46,862 nucleotides of DNA, taken from contig NC_057719.1 in assembly GCF_004010195.1 (NCBI RefSeq), positions 78,520,725 through 78,567,586 on the forward strand, read 5' to 3'. The stretch comes from Chiloscyllium plagiosum (lineage: Eukaryota). Under the pieces are notes generated by a model. That model made no database searches, was not told the origin of the DNA, and was given only the letters and a program-made list of their open reading frames with translations. Of this stretch, positions 35,551 to 46,862 are shown piece by piece. The stretch's first letter is position 1; the number at the start of each line of letters is the position of its first letter. Made by a program: the position numbers and the translations under genes.

Positions 35551-35894
35551 AACATGGAGGTCTTTTGCAGTGATTGACAAGTTGAACCTGCCAGGAACCC
35601 GCCCTGGTGCCCATGTTGAGTTTGCCCAGTGGCTAGTATACTCAGCGGGATTGGTAAAGATGCACAATCCATTGGCGAGTTGGACTGTTCACCAAGCATT
35701 TAACAAGAAATAATGAGTGTCAGTTGGGACCTTGACATTGCCTAGCGAGAATCTTGGCACACTGCTTGTGGAAAGTGCCAAAGAAACAATGAGATCATCC
35801 TCACGTCAAGATGGCCCTCACTGAACATCTTGCCCGATTCTGCCACATTGCTCACCATAGCACAGGTCACTCCGAGCCTCCGAAAATTCTGCCC

Positions 35895-36920
35895 CATGGT
35901 TTGGATGAACGGGTCAAAAGAATGGTAACTAAAATTGCTGATAATATCCGAGTTAGGTGTTGTGTAAGTTGTGAACACAACCACCTGATGAAGGAGCGCT
36001 GCTCCGAAAGCTAGTGCTTCCAAATAAACCTGTTGAACTATAACCTGGTGTTTTGTGATTTTTAACTTTGTACACCCCAGTCCAACACCGGCATCTCCAA
36101 ATCATGAAAACTGTCTAAAATCTTGTGTGAACTGTTCGAGTCAGTGGGCCAAAGATTGGAATTTCATACAGAAAGTGTTGAATATGTTCATTTTTTGGCA
36201 GGAAGAATTGAAAAGTAGCATGTTTTCTAAGCGAAGAGAAACTGCAGAACTCTGACACAGAGAGACTTGGATGCCCTGGTACATGAGTCAAAAAAAAAAG
36301 CATGTGGGTACAGAAAGTGTTAAGAAGACAAATAAAATGGTATTTAGTGCAAGGAGAGTCAAGAATGAAAAGTTGGTAAGGATTGCTGCAGCTGTCAGGG
36401 CCTTTGTGAGACAATATATGGGGTACATTGTCAGTCCCTTTATTTAATAAAAAGGATATAATGACATTAGGAACAGTTCAGATTGACTCCTGGGGTGAAA
36501 AGGTCATTTTAAGGAAAGGCCAGTTAGATTGGCCCTATACCTGATGGAGTCTAGAATGGTAAAAGATGACCTTATTAAAGCATATGAACATTCTGAGGAG
36601 ACTTGACAGGTCAGAAGGTGAGAGCATGTTTCACCTCATGGGCCAATCCAGAACTAGGAGACACAGCTTAAAAAATTAGAGTTCTCCCATTTCAGGCAGA
36701 GATATGATGAAAATTATTTTATTAGAAGGGCATTTGGCTGTGGGATTCTCATGCCTGGCCAGCAAAGGAAGCTCAGGAATTGACTCTCTGTTCAAGGCGG
36801 AGCGAAAGAGATTTTTGGTGAACAAATCACTCAGGGATAATGGAGGACATACAGGAAAAAGGAGTTAAGGCCACACACATGTCATCCATGATCTTTTGGA
36901 TGGCAAAGCAGACTATGGTA
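35895..36920 (+). mobile_element. Old CR1-subfamily fragment, highly degenerate
   Basis: Remnants MVTKIADN, SQWAKDW, QRDLDALVHES, DDLIKAYE and GQSRTRRHSLK. Confidence 0.6.
35976..36104 (+). mobile_element. Short PLE-type mini-element with a hammerhead (family C)
   Basis: CAC-CTGATGA-A-GGAGC-GCT-GCTCC-GAAA-GCTA-GTG at 35982-36016: stem I CAC/GTG, 5-bp stem II, palindromic AGCT stem III. It interrupts the CR1 fragment. Confidence 0.75.
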
Positions 36921-36924
36921 ACAT

Positions 36925-37410
36925 GCTCAGGAACAGACCTTTCTGTCCAACTCGTCCAAGCCAACCAGACATCCCAATCTGACCTAGTCCTATTTGCCAG
37001 CAGTTGGCCCATATCCCTCTGAACCCTTGCTATTCATTTGCCCATCCAGATGCCTTTTAAATGCTGTAATTATATCAGCCTCCACCACTTCCTCTGGTAG
37101 CTCATTCTGTACACACACCACCCTCTGCGTGAAAACATTACCCCTTAGGTCCCTTTAAAATCGTTCCCTTCTCATCTTAAACTCCTGTCCTCTAGTTTTG
37201 GACTCCCCTACTCTGGGGAAAAGACCTTTGTTATTCACCCTACCCATGCCCCTCATGATTTTATAAACGTCTAATAAGGTCACCCCTCAGCCTCCAGAGG
37301 GAGATCAAGAGAAAAAATATCAGCCTCTCCCTATAACTCAAACCCTCCAGTCCTGGCAACATCTTTTTACATCTTTTCTGCACCCTCTCAAGTTTAACAA
37401 CATTCTTCCT
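36925..37410 (-). mobile_element. CR1 LINE 3' fragment
   Basis: KNVVKLERVQKR.KKMLPGLEGLSYRERL...LRGDLI, followed by the 3' end. Confidence 0.88.
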
Positions 37411-38777
37411 CTCTCGAATTCTTGTGTCCTTGCGTTCGAAGTCTGCCTCTCCTCTGCATTCCTTGTGATGATGCAGCAAATCACCACATACACTCCACTC
37501 AGTCCTGCTTGTAACATAACAGGAACAGAAGTTAGTTTAAGCTAGTTTCACATTGAGTGCGTAGCCGTGTCAGTTAGTCAAGTAGCGTGTCCATCTTGCT
37601 GCACTCTCTAGTGAGTGACAAGTGAAGAGATTGAATGGACCAATGCACGAGTTACAAACTTGCATCAAATCAGTTGGTAGGGTTGTTTGACATGTTTTCC
37701 TGTGCACATTTTTTGAGTTAGGAGCTGCTTAAATTCATATCAAATTCTGCATCAAGGGGATGGATTGCCTGGACCTGGGGGTAACAGAATTTGTTAACAG
37801 CTCCCAGCAGTGTGTAATTTAGTGTGAGTAGGGGCAAGGATGCAGCACTGGTTCCACAACTCTGGCTTTCCTGACACTTATATTAAGAAGAAAAAGTTAC
37901 AGATGTAGGAGAGTCAGTCTTTGCAGCAGTGTCTGATGTAGAGAAGCTCTCTGACTGGAACACAATGTTTGTGTCTTCACTATCAGAGCTTGCCACCTGA
38001 TCCAGTGTGCAAGTGGACCCTTTCCATATCTGCACGGAATGAATAGATCAGGGACACGGAGAACAGAAGAAAAGTGCCAAGGAGATGGGGGGAGGGACAA
38101 TCTTCTTTCACACCAGTCTCCGCTGGCTTAAGTGAAGCCATCGAAATGTCCATCAAAACGTGTGCTGCCACGGAAGACGTGGATGAGATTGCAGAGCTTT
38201 GGTGAAGAAAACATGGATCTTTTGTAACGTAAGACAAAAAGTGGGGTTGAGATTATTTTCTGCCTTCACTACATACGGTAACCAATCTGTGATAAACCTG
38301 TGCCAAGTTTTTGTGTTCTTCCTGTGGATACGCAGTTTATGATTCATGTCGGCTATCATCATGTATTTACTGTTAAAGAGGCTGACTCATAAAAAATGTT
38401 ATTGTACCAATCTTAAATAGTGTCATTCAAATGTGTGTGGAAAATAATTGCTTCCCTTGGAGTAAATAATTATCTTACAAGCCCTCCACTGGGCAGCAAT
38501 GTTCCAATTCATTATTTCTAATGGTTTCAGAACCTCTAAAAGCAACAAACAATTAAACTTTCCCCAATGGGAGAGCAAAGCACTGTCCCTCCTAGTCAAA
38601 ATGCTGAAGGGATTAATTGCTTCTTACAAGATTATCAGCAATTTTCTTTCCAGTGCAAATCGTTGTAACTAACGTTGAGAATTGTACTTGGAAGAACATG
38701 TCTCACTCTGGCTATAGATCAATACAATCAATGGTCCAGAAAAACTACCCTTCCTTCCATTGAGGGACGTTTAGTTT

Positions 38778-38885
38778 CTGAAAGAAAAACAGAAATTGCT
38801 GGAAAATCTCAGCAGGTCTGGCAGCATCTGAGGAGAGAAATCAGAGTTAATGTTTCAGGTCCAGTGAACTTTCTTCACAACTGCC
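38778..38885 (-). mobile_element. PLE terminal mini-element (family D), degenerate hammerhead
   Basis: Minus strand: AGTT-GTGAAGA-AAGTTCACTGGACCT-GAAA-CATT-AACT, then GATGCTGCCAGACCTGCTGAG. Confidence 0.6.
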
Positions 38886-39266
38886 AGATTTCCAGCATCC
38901 GTAGTTATTTTGTTTCTCTTTATTTAAAGTCTACTTCCTTAAGGAAACCATTAGCTTTACCTTTATTTAAAGTAAGCTTACTGTGACTTGCTCTTGCCAC
39001 AAGGTTGTAAGGGAGAGGGTAATCATAAGACCTGACATCACTTACTGCAATGGTTTTGATTTGAGATGGAAAGGGGAAAGTTATTTTCTCCCTGTGAGTC
39101 TTTAGATTTTTCTTCCCCCAGAGAATGGTGGAGGCAGAGGCATAGAAATTTCTAAGATAGAGGTGAATCAATTCCCAATTGACAAGGGAGTCATTGGTTA
39201 CCAGGTGTAAGATGCAATGTGGAGTCGAGGACACAATCAGATTAACTCTGACCTTATTGACTTGCA

Positions 39267-42200
39267 GGAGAAAGTGAGGACTGCAGATGCTGGTGATCAG
39301 AGTCGTGAGTGTGGCGCAGGCAAAGCACAGCAGGTCAGGCAGCATCTGGGAAGCAGGAGCATCGACATTTTGGGCATAAGCCCAAATGAGGCTTGTGGGT
39401 CAGGGCTGAGAGGTAAATTGGGGGTGGGGTCCTGCGGTGCGGTTTGTTGGAAGGTAGCTGAGAAATAGGAGGATGAAGGTGAGGGAGAAGGTAATAGGTC
39501 AGAGGACGGTGTGATGGACAGGTCTGGAGGGTGATGCTGAGTTGGAGGCTTGGGACTGGGATAATGTAGGGGGAGGGGAAATGAGGAAGCTGTTGAAATC
39601 CACATTCATCCCATGTGGTTGCAGTGTCCCAAGGCGGAATATGAGGTGTTCTTCCTCCAGGCATCAGGTGGTAACTGTTTGGCAGTGGAGGAGGCCCAGG
39701 GAGGGGGAGTTGAAGAGTTCAGCCACGGGGTGGTGGGGTTGCTCTGAAACGATCCGCAAGAAGGCGTTCTGTCTCCCCGATGTAGAGGAGACCACACCGA
39801 GTGCAATGGGTTTAGTAGATGGCATTGATAGAGGTACAGGTAAATTTCTGATGGATGAAGAAGGATCCCTTGGGACCTTGGACGGAGGTCAGGGGAGTGG
39901 TGTGGGCACACGTTTTGCACTTCCTGTGGTGGCGGGAAAAGTGCCAGGAGTGGGGTGTGAACTGGTGGTGGTGGTGGTGGGGAGGGCGCGTGGACCTGAC
40001 AAGGGAGTTGCGGAGGGACTAGTCTCTCCAGAATGCTGGGAGGGGTAGGGAGGGAAACATATCTTTAGTGGTCGGGTCCATTTGGAGGGGGTGTAAGTGG
40101 CGGAGGATGATGTGTTGTATGTGGAGGTTGGTGGGGTGGAAGGTGAGGACTGGGGTGGGGGGGAAGGTTGGTTTCTGTCCTTTTTGCGTTGGGAGGGATG
40201 GTGTTCTAGGGCGGTGGTGCGGGAAGTGGAGGAATTGTGCTGGAGGACATCGTCATCCACATGGGAAGGTAAGTTGCGAACCTGGAGGAAGGAGGCCATA
40301 TGGGACTTTCTGAGTTGGAATTGGTCATCCTGGAAACAGATGCGGCAGAGGCAGAGGAATTGGGAATAAGGGATGGCGTTTTTACAGGAGGTAGAGTGGG
40401 AGGAGGTTTAGTCTAGGTAGCTGTGGGAGTCGGGCGGCTTGTAGGAGATGTCTGTGGTTACTTGGTCACTGTTGATGGAGATGGAGAGGTCCAGGAAGGG
40501 GAGGGAGGTGTCTGAGATGGTCCAGGTAAATTTGAGGTTGGGTGGAATGTCTTGGTAAAATTGATGAACTGTTCAACCTCCTCGTGGGAGCACGAGGTGG
40601 CGCCGATACAGTCATCGATGTAGCGGAGTAACAGATGGGGGGTGGTGGTGATGTAACTGTGGAAGATAGACTGTTCCATGTACCTGACACACAGACAGGC
40701 ATAGCTGGGTCCCATGCAGGTGCCCATGGCTACTCCTTTGGTTTGGAGGAAGTGGGAGGATTGAAAGGAGAAGTTGTTGAGGGTGAGGACTAGTTCAGCC
40801 AGGCGGATGAGGGTGTCGGTGGAAGGTTGGGACGGTGTGAGAGGAAGAAATGGAGAGCTTGGAGATCTTCATCATAGCAGATCGATGTGCACAGAGACTG
40901 GATGTTCACGGTGAAGATGAGGCGTTGGGGGCGGGGGAAACGAAAATCTTGGAGGAGATGAAGAGTGGTCTTCCAAATGTAGGTGGGGAAGAGATGAGTT
41001 CAGTGGGACAGGCGCAGGCTGAGACAATGGGCACTGCCTGATTCTACCTCCTACAGAAGATTCACAAACCTGACTGCTCTGGTCATTGACCGCCTCAACC
41101 CCCCTCACCCACTCCACTCTCTCTGCTCCAACCCCAACTTCACCATCAAACCCGCAGACAAGGGGGGCACAGTAGTAGTGTGGCGCACTGAACTCTACAC
41201 CACTGAAGCCAGGAGCCAACTCACAGACACCAGCTCCTACTGCCCCCTTGATCACAACCCCACCACCCATCATCAAACCATATCTCCCAGACCATCCACA
41301 AACTCTGGGGATCTCCCATCCACAGCCTCATTGTCCGTGAACCCCGCACTGCCCAATTCTACCTCCTACCGAAGATCCACAAACCTGACTGCCCCTGTTG
41401 ACCCATTGCCTCAGCCTGCGCCTGCCCCACCAAACGCATCTATTCCTACCTCGACACCGTCCTGTCCCCCTTAGTCCAGGAACTCCCCACCTACGTTCGG
41501 GACACCACCCTCGCCCTTCACCTCCTCCAAGAGTTTTGTTTCCCCCGCCCCCAACATCTCATCTTCACCATGGACATCCAGTCCCTGTACATACCGATCC
41601 GCCACGACAAAGGTCTCCAAGCCCTCCATTTCTTCCACTCACACCATCCCACCCAGTAGCCTTCCACCAACACCCTCATCCACCTGGCTGAGCTGGTTCT
41701 CACTCTCAACAACTTCTCCTTCCAATCCTCCCACTTCCTCCAAACCAAAGGGGTAGCCATGGGCACCTGCATGGGACCCAGCTATGCCTGCCTGTGTGTC
41801 AGGGACATGGAACAGTCCATCTTCCACCGTTACACCACCATCACCACCCATCTGTTACTCCGTTATATCGATGACTGTATCAACGCCATCTCATGCTCCC
41901 ACGAGGAGGTTGAACAGTTCACCAATTTTATTGACATCTTCCACCCGACCTCAAATTTACCTGGACCATCTCAGATACCTCCCTCCCCTTCCTGGACCTC
42001 TCCCTCACCGTCTCCAGTGATCGACTAATCACAGACACCTACTACAAGCTGCCCAACTCTCACAACTACCTAACCTAAACCTCCTCCCACCCTACCTCCT
42101 GTAAAAACGCCATCCCTTATTCCCAATTTCTCTGCCTCCGCCGCATCTGTTCCCAGGATGACCAATTCCACCTCAAAGTCCCATATGACCTCCTTCCTCC

Positions 42201-43228
42201 ATGTTCGCAACTTACCTTCCCACATGGTTGACGATGCGCTCCAGCACAACTCCTCCACTTCCCGCACCACCGCCCTTGAACACCATCCCTCCCAACACAA
42301 CAAGGACAGAATCCCTCCCCCGCCCCCCACCGGTCCTCACCTTACACCCTACCAACCTCAGCATGGTACACATCATCCTCCGCCACTTACACCCCCTCCA
42401 AATGGACCCCGCTACCAAGAGGTATATTTCCCTCCCTACCCCTATCAGCGTTCTGGATAACATCCTCTGCAACTCCCTTGTCAGGTCCACGCACCACTAC
42501 CCCTCCCTCCCCCCGACCCTCCAGCCCACACCCCACCCCGGCACCTTTCCCTGCCACTGCAGGAAGTGCTAAACCTGCTTTCACACCACTCCGCTCACCT
42601 CCGTCCAAGGCCGCAAGGAATCCTTCCACATCCATCAGAAATTTACCTGTACCTCTATCAATGTCATCTACTGCATCCGTTGCGCCCGATGTGGTCTCCT
42701 CTACATCAGGGAGACAGGACGCCTCCTTGTGGATCGTTTCAGAGAACATCTCTGGGAGACCCATACCCACCAACCCCACCGCCCCATGGCTGAACACTTC
42801 AACTCCCCCCTCCCACTCTGTCAAGGACATGCAGGTCCTGGGCCTTCTCGACTGCCAAACAGTTACTACCCAATGCCTGGAGGAAGAACACCTCATATTC
42901 CACCTTGGGACCCTGCAACCACACGGGATAAATGTGGATTTCAACAGCTTCCTCATTTCCCCTTCCACCACATTATCCCAGTCCCAAGCCTCTCCAACTT
43001 GGCACTGCCTTCCAGACCTGTCCATCACTCCCCCCCTGACCTATCACCTTCTCCCTCACCTTCATTCACCTATTGTTTTCTCAGCTACCCACCCTACCCC
43101 CCTCCCATCTATCTCTCAGCCCCGACCGACAAGCCTCATTCCTGATGAAGGGCTTATACCCGAAATGTCAATTCTCCTGCTCCTCGGATGCTGCTTGACC
43201 TGCTGTGCTTTCCCAGCACCACAGTCTT
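39267..43228. mobile_element. Palindromic (head-to-head) Neptune-type PLE insertion: minus arm 39267-41030, plus arm ~41090-43228
   Basis: Both arms carry RT (GVAMGTCMGPSYACL, RYIDD) and GIY-YIG (FTCTSINVIYCIRCARCGLLYIRETGRLLVDRFREH) remnants and the same tail. Imperfect TSD ATTGA(C/A)TTGCAGG at 39256-39268 / 43236-43248. Confidence 0.9.
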
Positions 43229-43339
43229 GACTCTCATTGAATTGCAGGCAGCTTTGAGGGGCTGAATAGCCCTCACCTACTGATTGATATGTTTGTGTGT
43301 TCATGTAATGCAGGTGTCATCACACAGTCTCTTTAGGTT

Positions 43340-43510
43340 CTTTGAGACAGGACCTTCCAAACTCTCAGCCACTTCCATCTTGAAGGGCAAGGGCAGCAGA
43401 TACATCGGAACACCTCCAAGCCACTTATCATTCCAAGCTGGAAGTATATCACTGTCCCTTCAACGTCACTGGGTCAAAATCCTGGAACTTCCTCCCATGA
43501 ATGAATGAGT
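43340..43510 (+). mobile_element. 3' fragment of a CR1/L2-group LINE
   Basis: RARAAD..E and PFNVTGSKSWNFLP, ending in (ATGA)n. Confidence 0.55.
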
Positions 43511-43794
43511 AAATCTGACTGAAGGCCTTAAACTACGTATTTACACTTGTCCTGTTGTTCAGTCTGTTAAGAATTTGACCATTGAATTATTTTCAAGCCC
43601 ACAGCTTCTGTTTTCCCAACCTTGATGTTTTAATTTGAATTTGCTAACTTTGTACTGTGGTCTCACTGCCAGGCCTTCTATCGGATTCTTTGCAGTGATT
43701 ACATTAAATCTTGTGTCCCCTGTTCGAGTCACACATTGATTGATATGTGGATAACCATGGGTGCTTGTCAGAAGTCTTCCATCGGAACTAATTT

Positions 43795-44260
43795 TTTTTA
43801 GATTACCTACAGTGTGGAAACAGGCCCTACGGCCCAACCAGTCCACACCCACCCTCTGAAGAGTAACCCACCCAGACCCACTTCCCTCTGACTAATGCAC
43901 CTAATACTATGGGCAATTTAGCATAGCTGAAAATGTGTTGCTGGAAAAGCGCAGCAGGTCAGGCAGCATCCAAGGAGCAGGAGAAATGACGTTTCGGGCA
44001 TGAGCCCTTCTTCAGGAATGAGGAAAGTGTGCCCAGCAGGCTAAGATAAAAGGTAGGGAGGAGGGACAATTTAGCACGGCCAATTCACCTGACCCGCACA
44101 TCTTTGGATTGTGGGGGGGAACCGGAGCACCCGGAAGAAACCCAAGCAGACACGGGGAGAATGTGCAAACTCCACACAGACAGTTGCCTGAGGCTAGAAT
44201 CGAACCTGGGACCCTGGTGCTGTGAGGCAGCAGTGCTAACCACTGAGCCACCGTGCCACC
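43795..44260 (-). mobile_element. HE1-like V-SINE split by a PLE mini-element
   Basis: The head at 44077-44260 and the tail at 43795-43923 match the other copies. Confidence 0.9.
43924..44066 (-). mobile_element. Short PLE hammerhead mini-element (family A)
   Basis: Minus strand: CTGAAGAAGGGCTCATGCCCGAAACGTC (~43988-44015). TSD CAATTTAGCA at 43914-43923 / 44067-44076. Confidence 0.88.
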
Positions 44261-46119
44261 CCCAGGAGTCCTCAGGAGTCAGCAGTGGCACCACCTCTGC
44301 TCTGCATTTATTTTGGAGCTTTGAGCTCAAAAATTCAAATTGAATTGGTAAAATTTGTATCTAATACCAAGGGGCAGTCAAATCAGAGGAGACAGCTCAG
44401 CAATTTCACAATTGGTGGGACATGAATATGCAAGGCTCAAGATAATTGAGGCTGAAATTAGAAAAGCAGTGTACAGAGGATAGACAAAACAAAAAAATAC
44501 TCGCGCTCTATTCATGGCACTTTAATGAACAGGGAAGTTGAAAAAGACCATTTTTAATTAGTTTGATCCTCAAAATAAAGCCATAGAAATTTATTACCTC
44601 ATCTGCATGCAGAAAGCTCTTCAGCTCTTTATTGCTTTAAATATTTGGACAAAATTAGTGCCTCTATTTTTGTTTCCAATTTCTTTTTACTATTACTATA
44701 GAATGCTGTTCTCTGCAATGTTGCCTTAGTCCACTTTGAAGTATGTAAATCTGCGGGATGTGATGAAAGGGGAAAGCACGCATACCCAGAATGTTAGCTT
44801 GTTGCTGCAGACATCACTATTTACAGAACCTTTTCTGGGAAACCTGGGTGTTAGAGGGAGTGACTTTTTGGATCCTTAAACAACTGTTAATCTGGAGTGA
44901 ACGACTATAGGACTTGCAATACAAATTGCCACGAAAATAACTTTTCTCCGGTCACCCAGTAAAAGGAAGCTCGGTTTGGTTACCCATTATGCACACAGCC
45001 TGATGGTCACTTACATTGATTTCCGACAGAGCTGAATATTATGTGGAAAGTGCAACTGCCCAGAACTAATTTCTATCCCTGTGTCTGTAATCGAGGGCAG
45101 GCATCTTTGTGGCTGGCACTTGTAATGTAATCAAGCAGTGATGTAACCTTGGTCAAGCTGTGGCTGTTAATAAGACTTTCACTTGAGTATAAAATATAAT
45201 CTCAGTTTCAACATAAGAGCATAAATGAGTTTAATTTTTGAGGAGGTGGAAAATATCTCCCCTGATGTTAAAGCCAAGAATGAAATACAGGGGCATGAAA
45301 GGGGTGTTATCAGTAATTACCACTTGGAGTTTGGAAATGTGGTTGAGAATGCTGTTTGTTGTTACAAGATTAGCCACATAATAACTGCGTTGGAAAACAG
45401 ACACTGCAGATGATCTGCTGACATGCAACATGAGTGATATCATTTGCAAATCTGTAAATGCCAATAACAAGTCCCTGTAACTAAAGTTTCCTTCAAAGTT
45501 TACATAGTTGGTTCCAGTCTCAGATTTTGAAATGATAATGAATATTTTACTTTTAGCCATGAATTATACTAATATGAAAATGCTTTTAACTCCAGAGTGA
45601 TATTTAACTATTTAACACTGATACTTTGATAATCCCATACAATTTAATTGAAGACATCTGCAAATTATTTCTTGAAACTTCTAACATGATTCTTGTCTGC
45701 TGCTGCCACAGGGAATATCTAATTCCTCAGATTTCTTGAGATGAGTAAGGGACAGGTTCATTTAGTGTTTTTATGCCTGCAGTCAATAGGGAACGAATTG
45801 CATAGTTCACCCGTCAACTGCAGTCTTTAAACGAATTAACAAACTAAAATGATTCAGTGTTTTATTCACATGTTACCATCAAGCAGACGCACAACTTGGT
45901 TGGACTGCAATTAATGTGATAACATTTCACATTGAGATCTTAAAGCATATGGATAGACAAGGGTTCAGTTCCATTTTGTTGTGAAAGCTCAGCCGTGTTG
46001 CCAAATCTTCTGTTTTGTACAAGGCAGGAAGGAAGGTTACATGAAAGATGATGCCTTATGGACCTCCCCTCTATGTATGGCTGCTAGCTGTTTTGGTGTG
46101 ATATTGCTGGATAAGCTGA

Positions 46120-46290
46120 CAAGGTGTGTGACATTAGTGAGACCACATCTAGATTACTTTGTCAACTTTGTTGTCCTCAGTTAAGGAATTTCATTGCACG
46201 CTGTTCAAAGAAGGCTCAGTCAACTCAATCTTGGAACAAGTGGGTTATCTTATGAGGAAAGGCTACACAGATTGGATCTGTATCCATTAA
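46120..46290 (+). mobile_element. Old CR1 fragment
   Basis: TLVRPHLDY and AVQRR.....G.SGLSYEERLHRLDLYPL. Confidence 0.7.
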
Positions 46291-46292
46291 AG

Positions 46293-46862
46293 AGTCATGG
46301 AATCATAGAGCTGTATAGCATGGAAACAGACTCTTCGGTCCAGCCCTTCCATGCTGACCAGATATCCCAACCCAATTTAGTCCCACCTGCCAGCACCTGG
46401 CCGATATCCCTCCAAATCCTTCCTATTCATATACCCATCCAAATGCCTCTTAAATGTTGCAATTGTACCAGCCTCCACCACATCCTCTGGCAGCTCATTC
46501 CATACACGTACCACCCTCTGCGTGAAAAAGTTGCCCCTTAGGTCTCTTTTATATCTTTCCCCTCTCACCCTAAACTTGTGCCCTCTAGTTCTGGACTCCC
46601 CGACCCCAGGGAAAAGACTTTGTCTATTTATCCTATCCATGCACCTCATAATTCTCTAAACCTCTATAAGGTCACCCCTCAGCCTCCGACGCTCCAGGGA
46701 AAACAGTCCCAATCTGTTCAGCGTCTCCCTGTAGCTCAGATCCTCCAACTCTGACAACATCCTTGTAAATCTTTTCTGAACCCTTTCAAGTTTCACAACA
46801 TCTTTCCGATAGGAAGAAGACCAGAATTGCACGCAATATTCCATCAGTGGCCTAACCAATGT
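46293..46862 (-). mobile_element. CR1 LINE 3' portion (runs off the window)
   Basis: LVRPLMEYCVQFWSSSYRKDVVKLERVQKRFTRML...RGNFFTQRVVRVWNELP. Confidence 0.93.

Noticed and set aside
35570..35790. Possible ancient LF-SINE-like fragment (similar weak impressions at 10900-10990, 15640-15800, 17840-17960)
   Set aside because: The similarity is too degenerate to support by eye and needs a profile search.
37960..38240. Possible host exon (pyrimidine tract + AG, GC-richer sequence)
   Set aside because: The plus-strand frames hit stops, the donor site is weak and the peptide is unrecognisable.
1..46862. Numerous 60-130 aa ORFs as host genes
   Set aside because: Most are frames of SINEs, LINE ends or PLE tails (for example MDCGRKPEHPEETHAD, CCWKSAAGQAASKE) or antisense shadows. 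The rest show no recognisable domain.

Overview
This is eukaryotic DNA, almost certainly from an elasmobranch (shark), inferred from HE1-type V-SINEs and their HER1/CR1 partner LINE ends. It looks intronic or intergenic, and I found no host protein-coding exon I can support. The window is dominated by retroelements. (1) Many 5'-truncated CR1 LINE fragments and SINEs: HE1 V-SINE, Deu/SacSINE1-like, and a second tRNA-derived SINE. (2) A full-length, decayed Gmr1-like Ty3/gypsy LTR retrotransposon on the minus strand (26959-33656). It has two LTRs, a tRNA-Pro PBS, a PPT, a SCAN-like Gag and the atypical PR-IN-RT-RH order. (3) Several Penelope-like element (PLE) families: a Poseidon-type copy with a long RT+GIY-YIG reading frame and inverted ends, and a ~4 kb palindromic Neptune-type insertion. 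(4) About ten short PLE-derived inserts, most built around a minimal type I hammerhead ribozyme motif and many with 10-15 bp target-site duplications. The most interesting signals are these hammerhead mini-elements with recurrent boundaries, the template-switch/inversion structures inside the PLEs, tandem arrays of a ~130-bp tRNA-like Pol III unit, and a 5S rRNA-derived fragment next to one such unit. Everything was read by eye. Family names are recognition-based, not search results, and boundaries of degenerate repeats are approximate.
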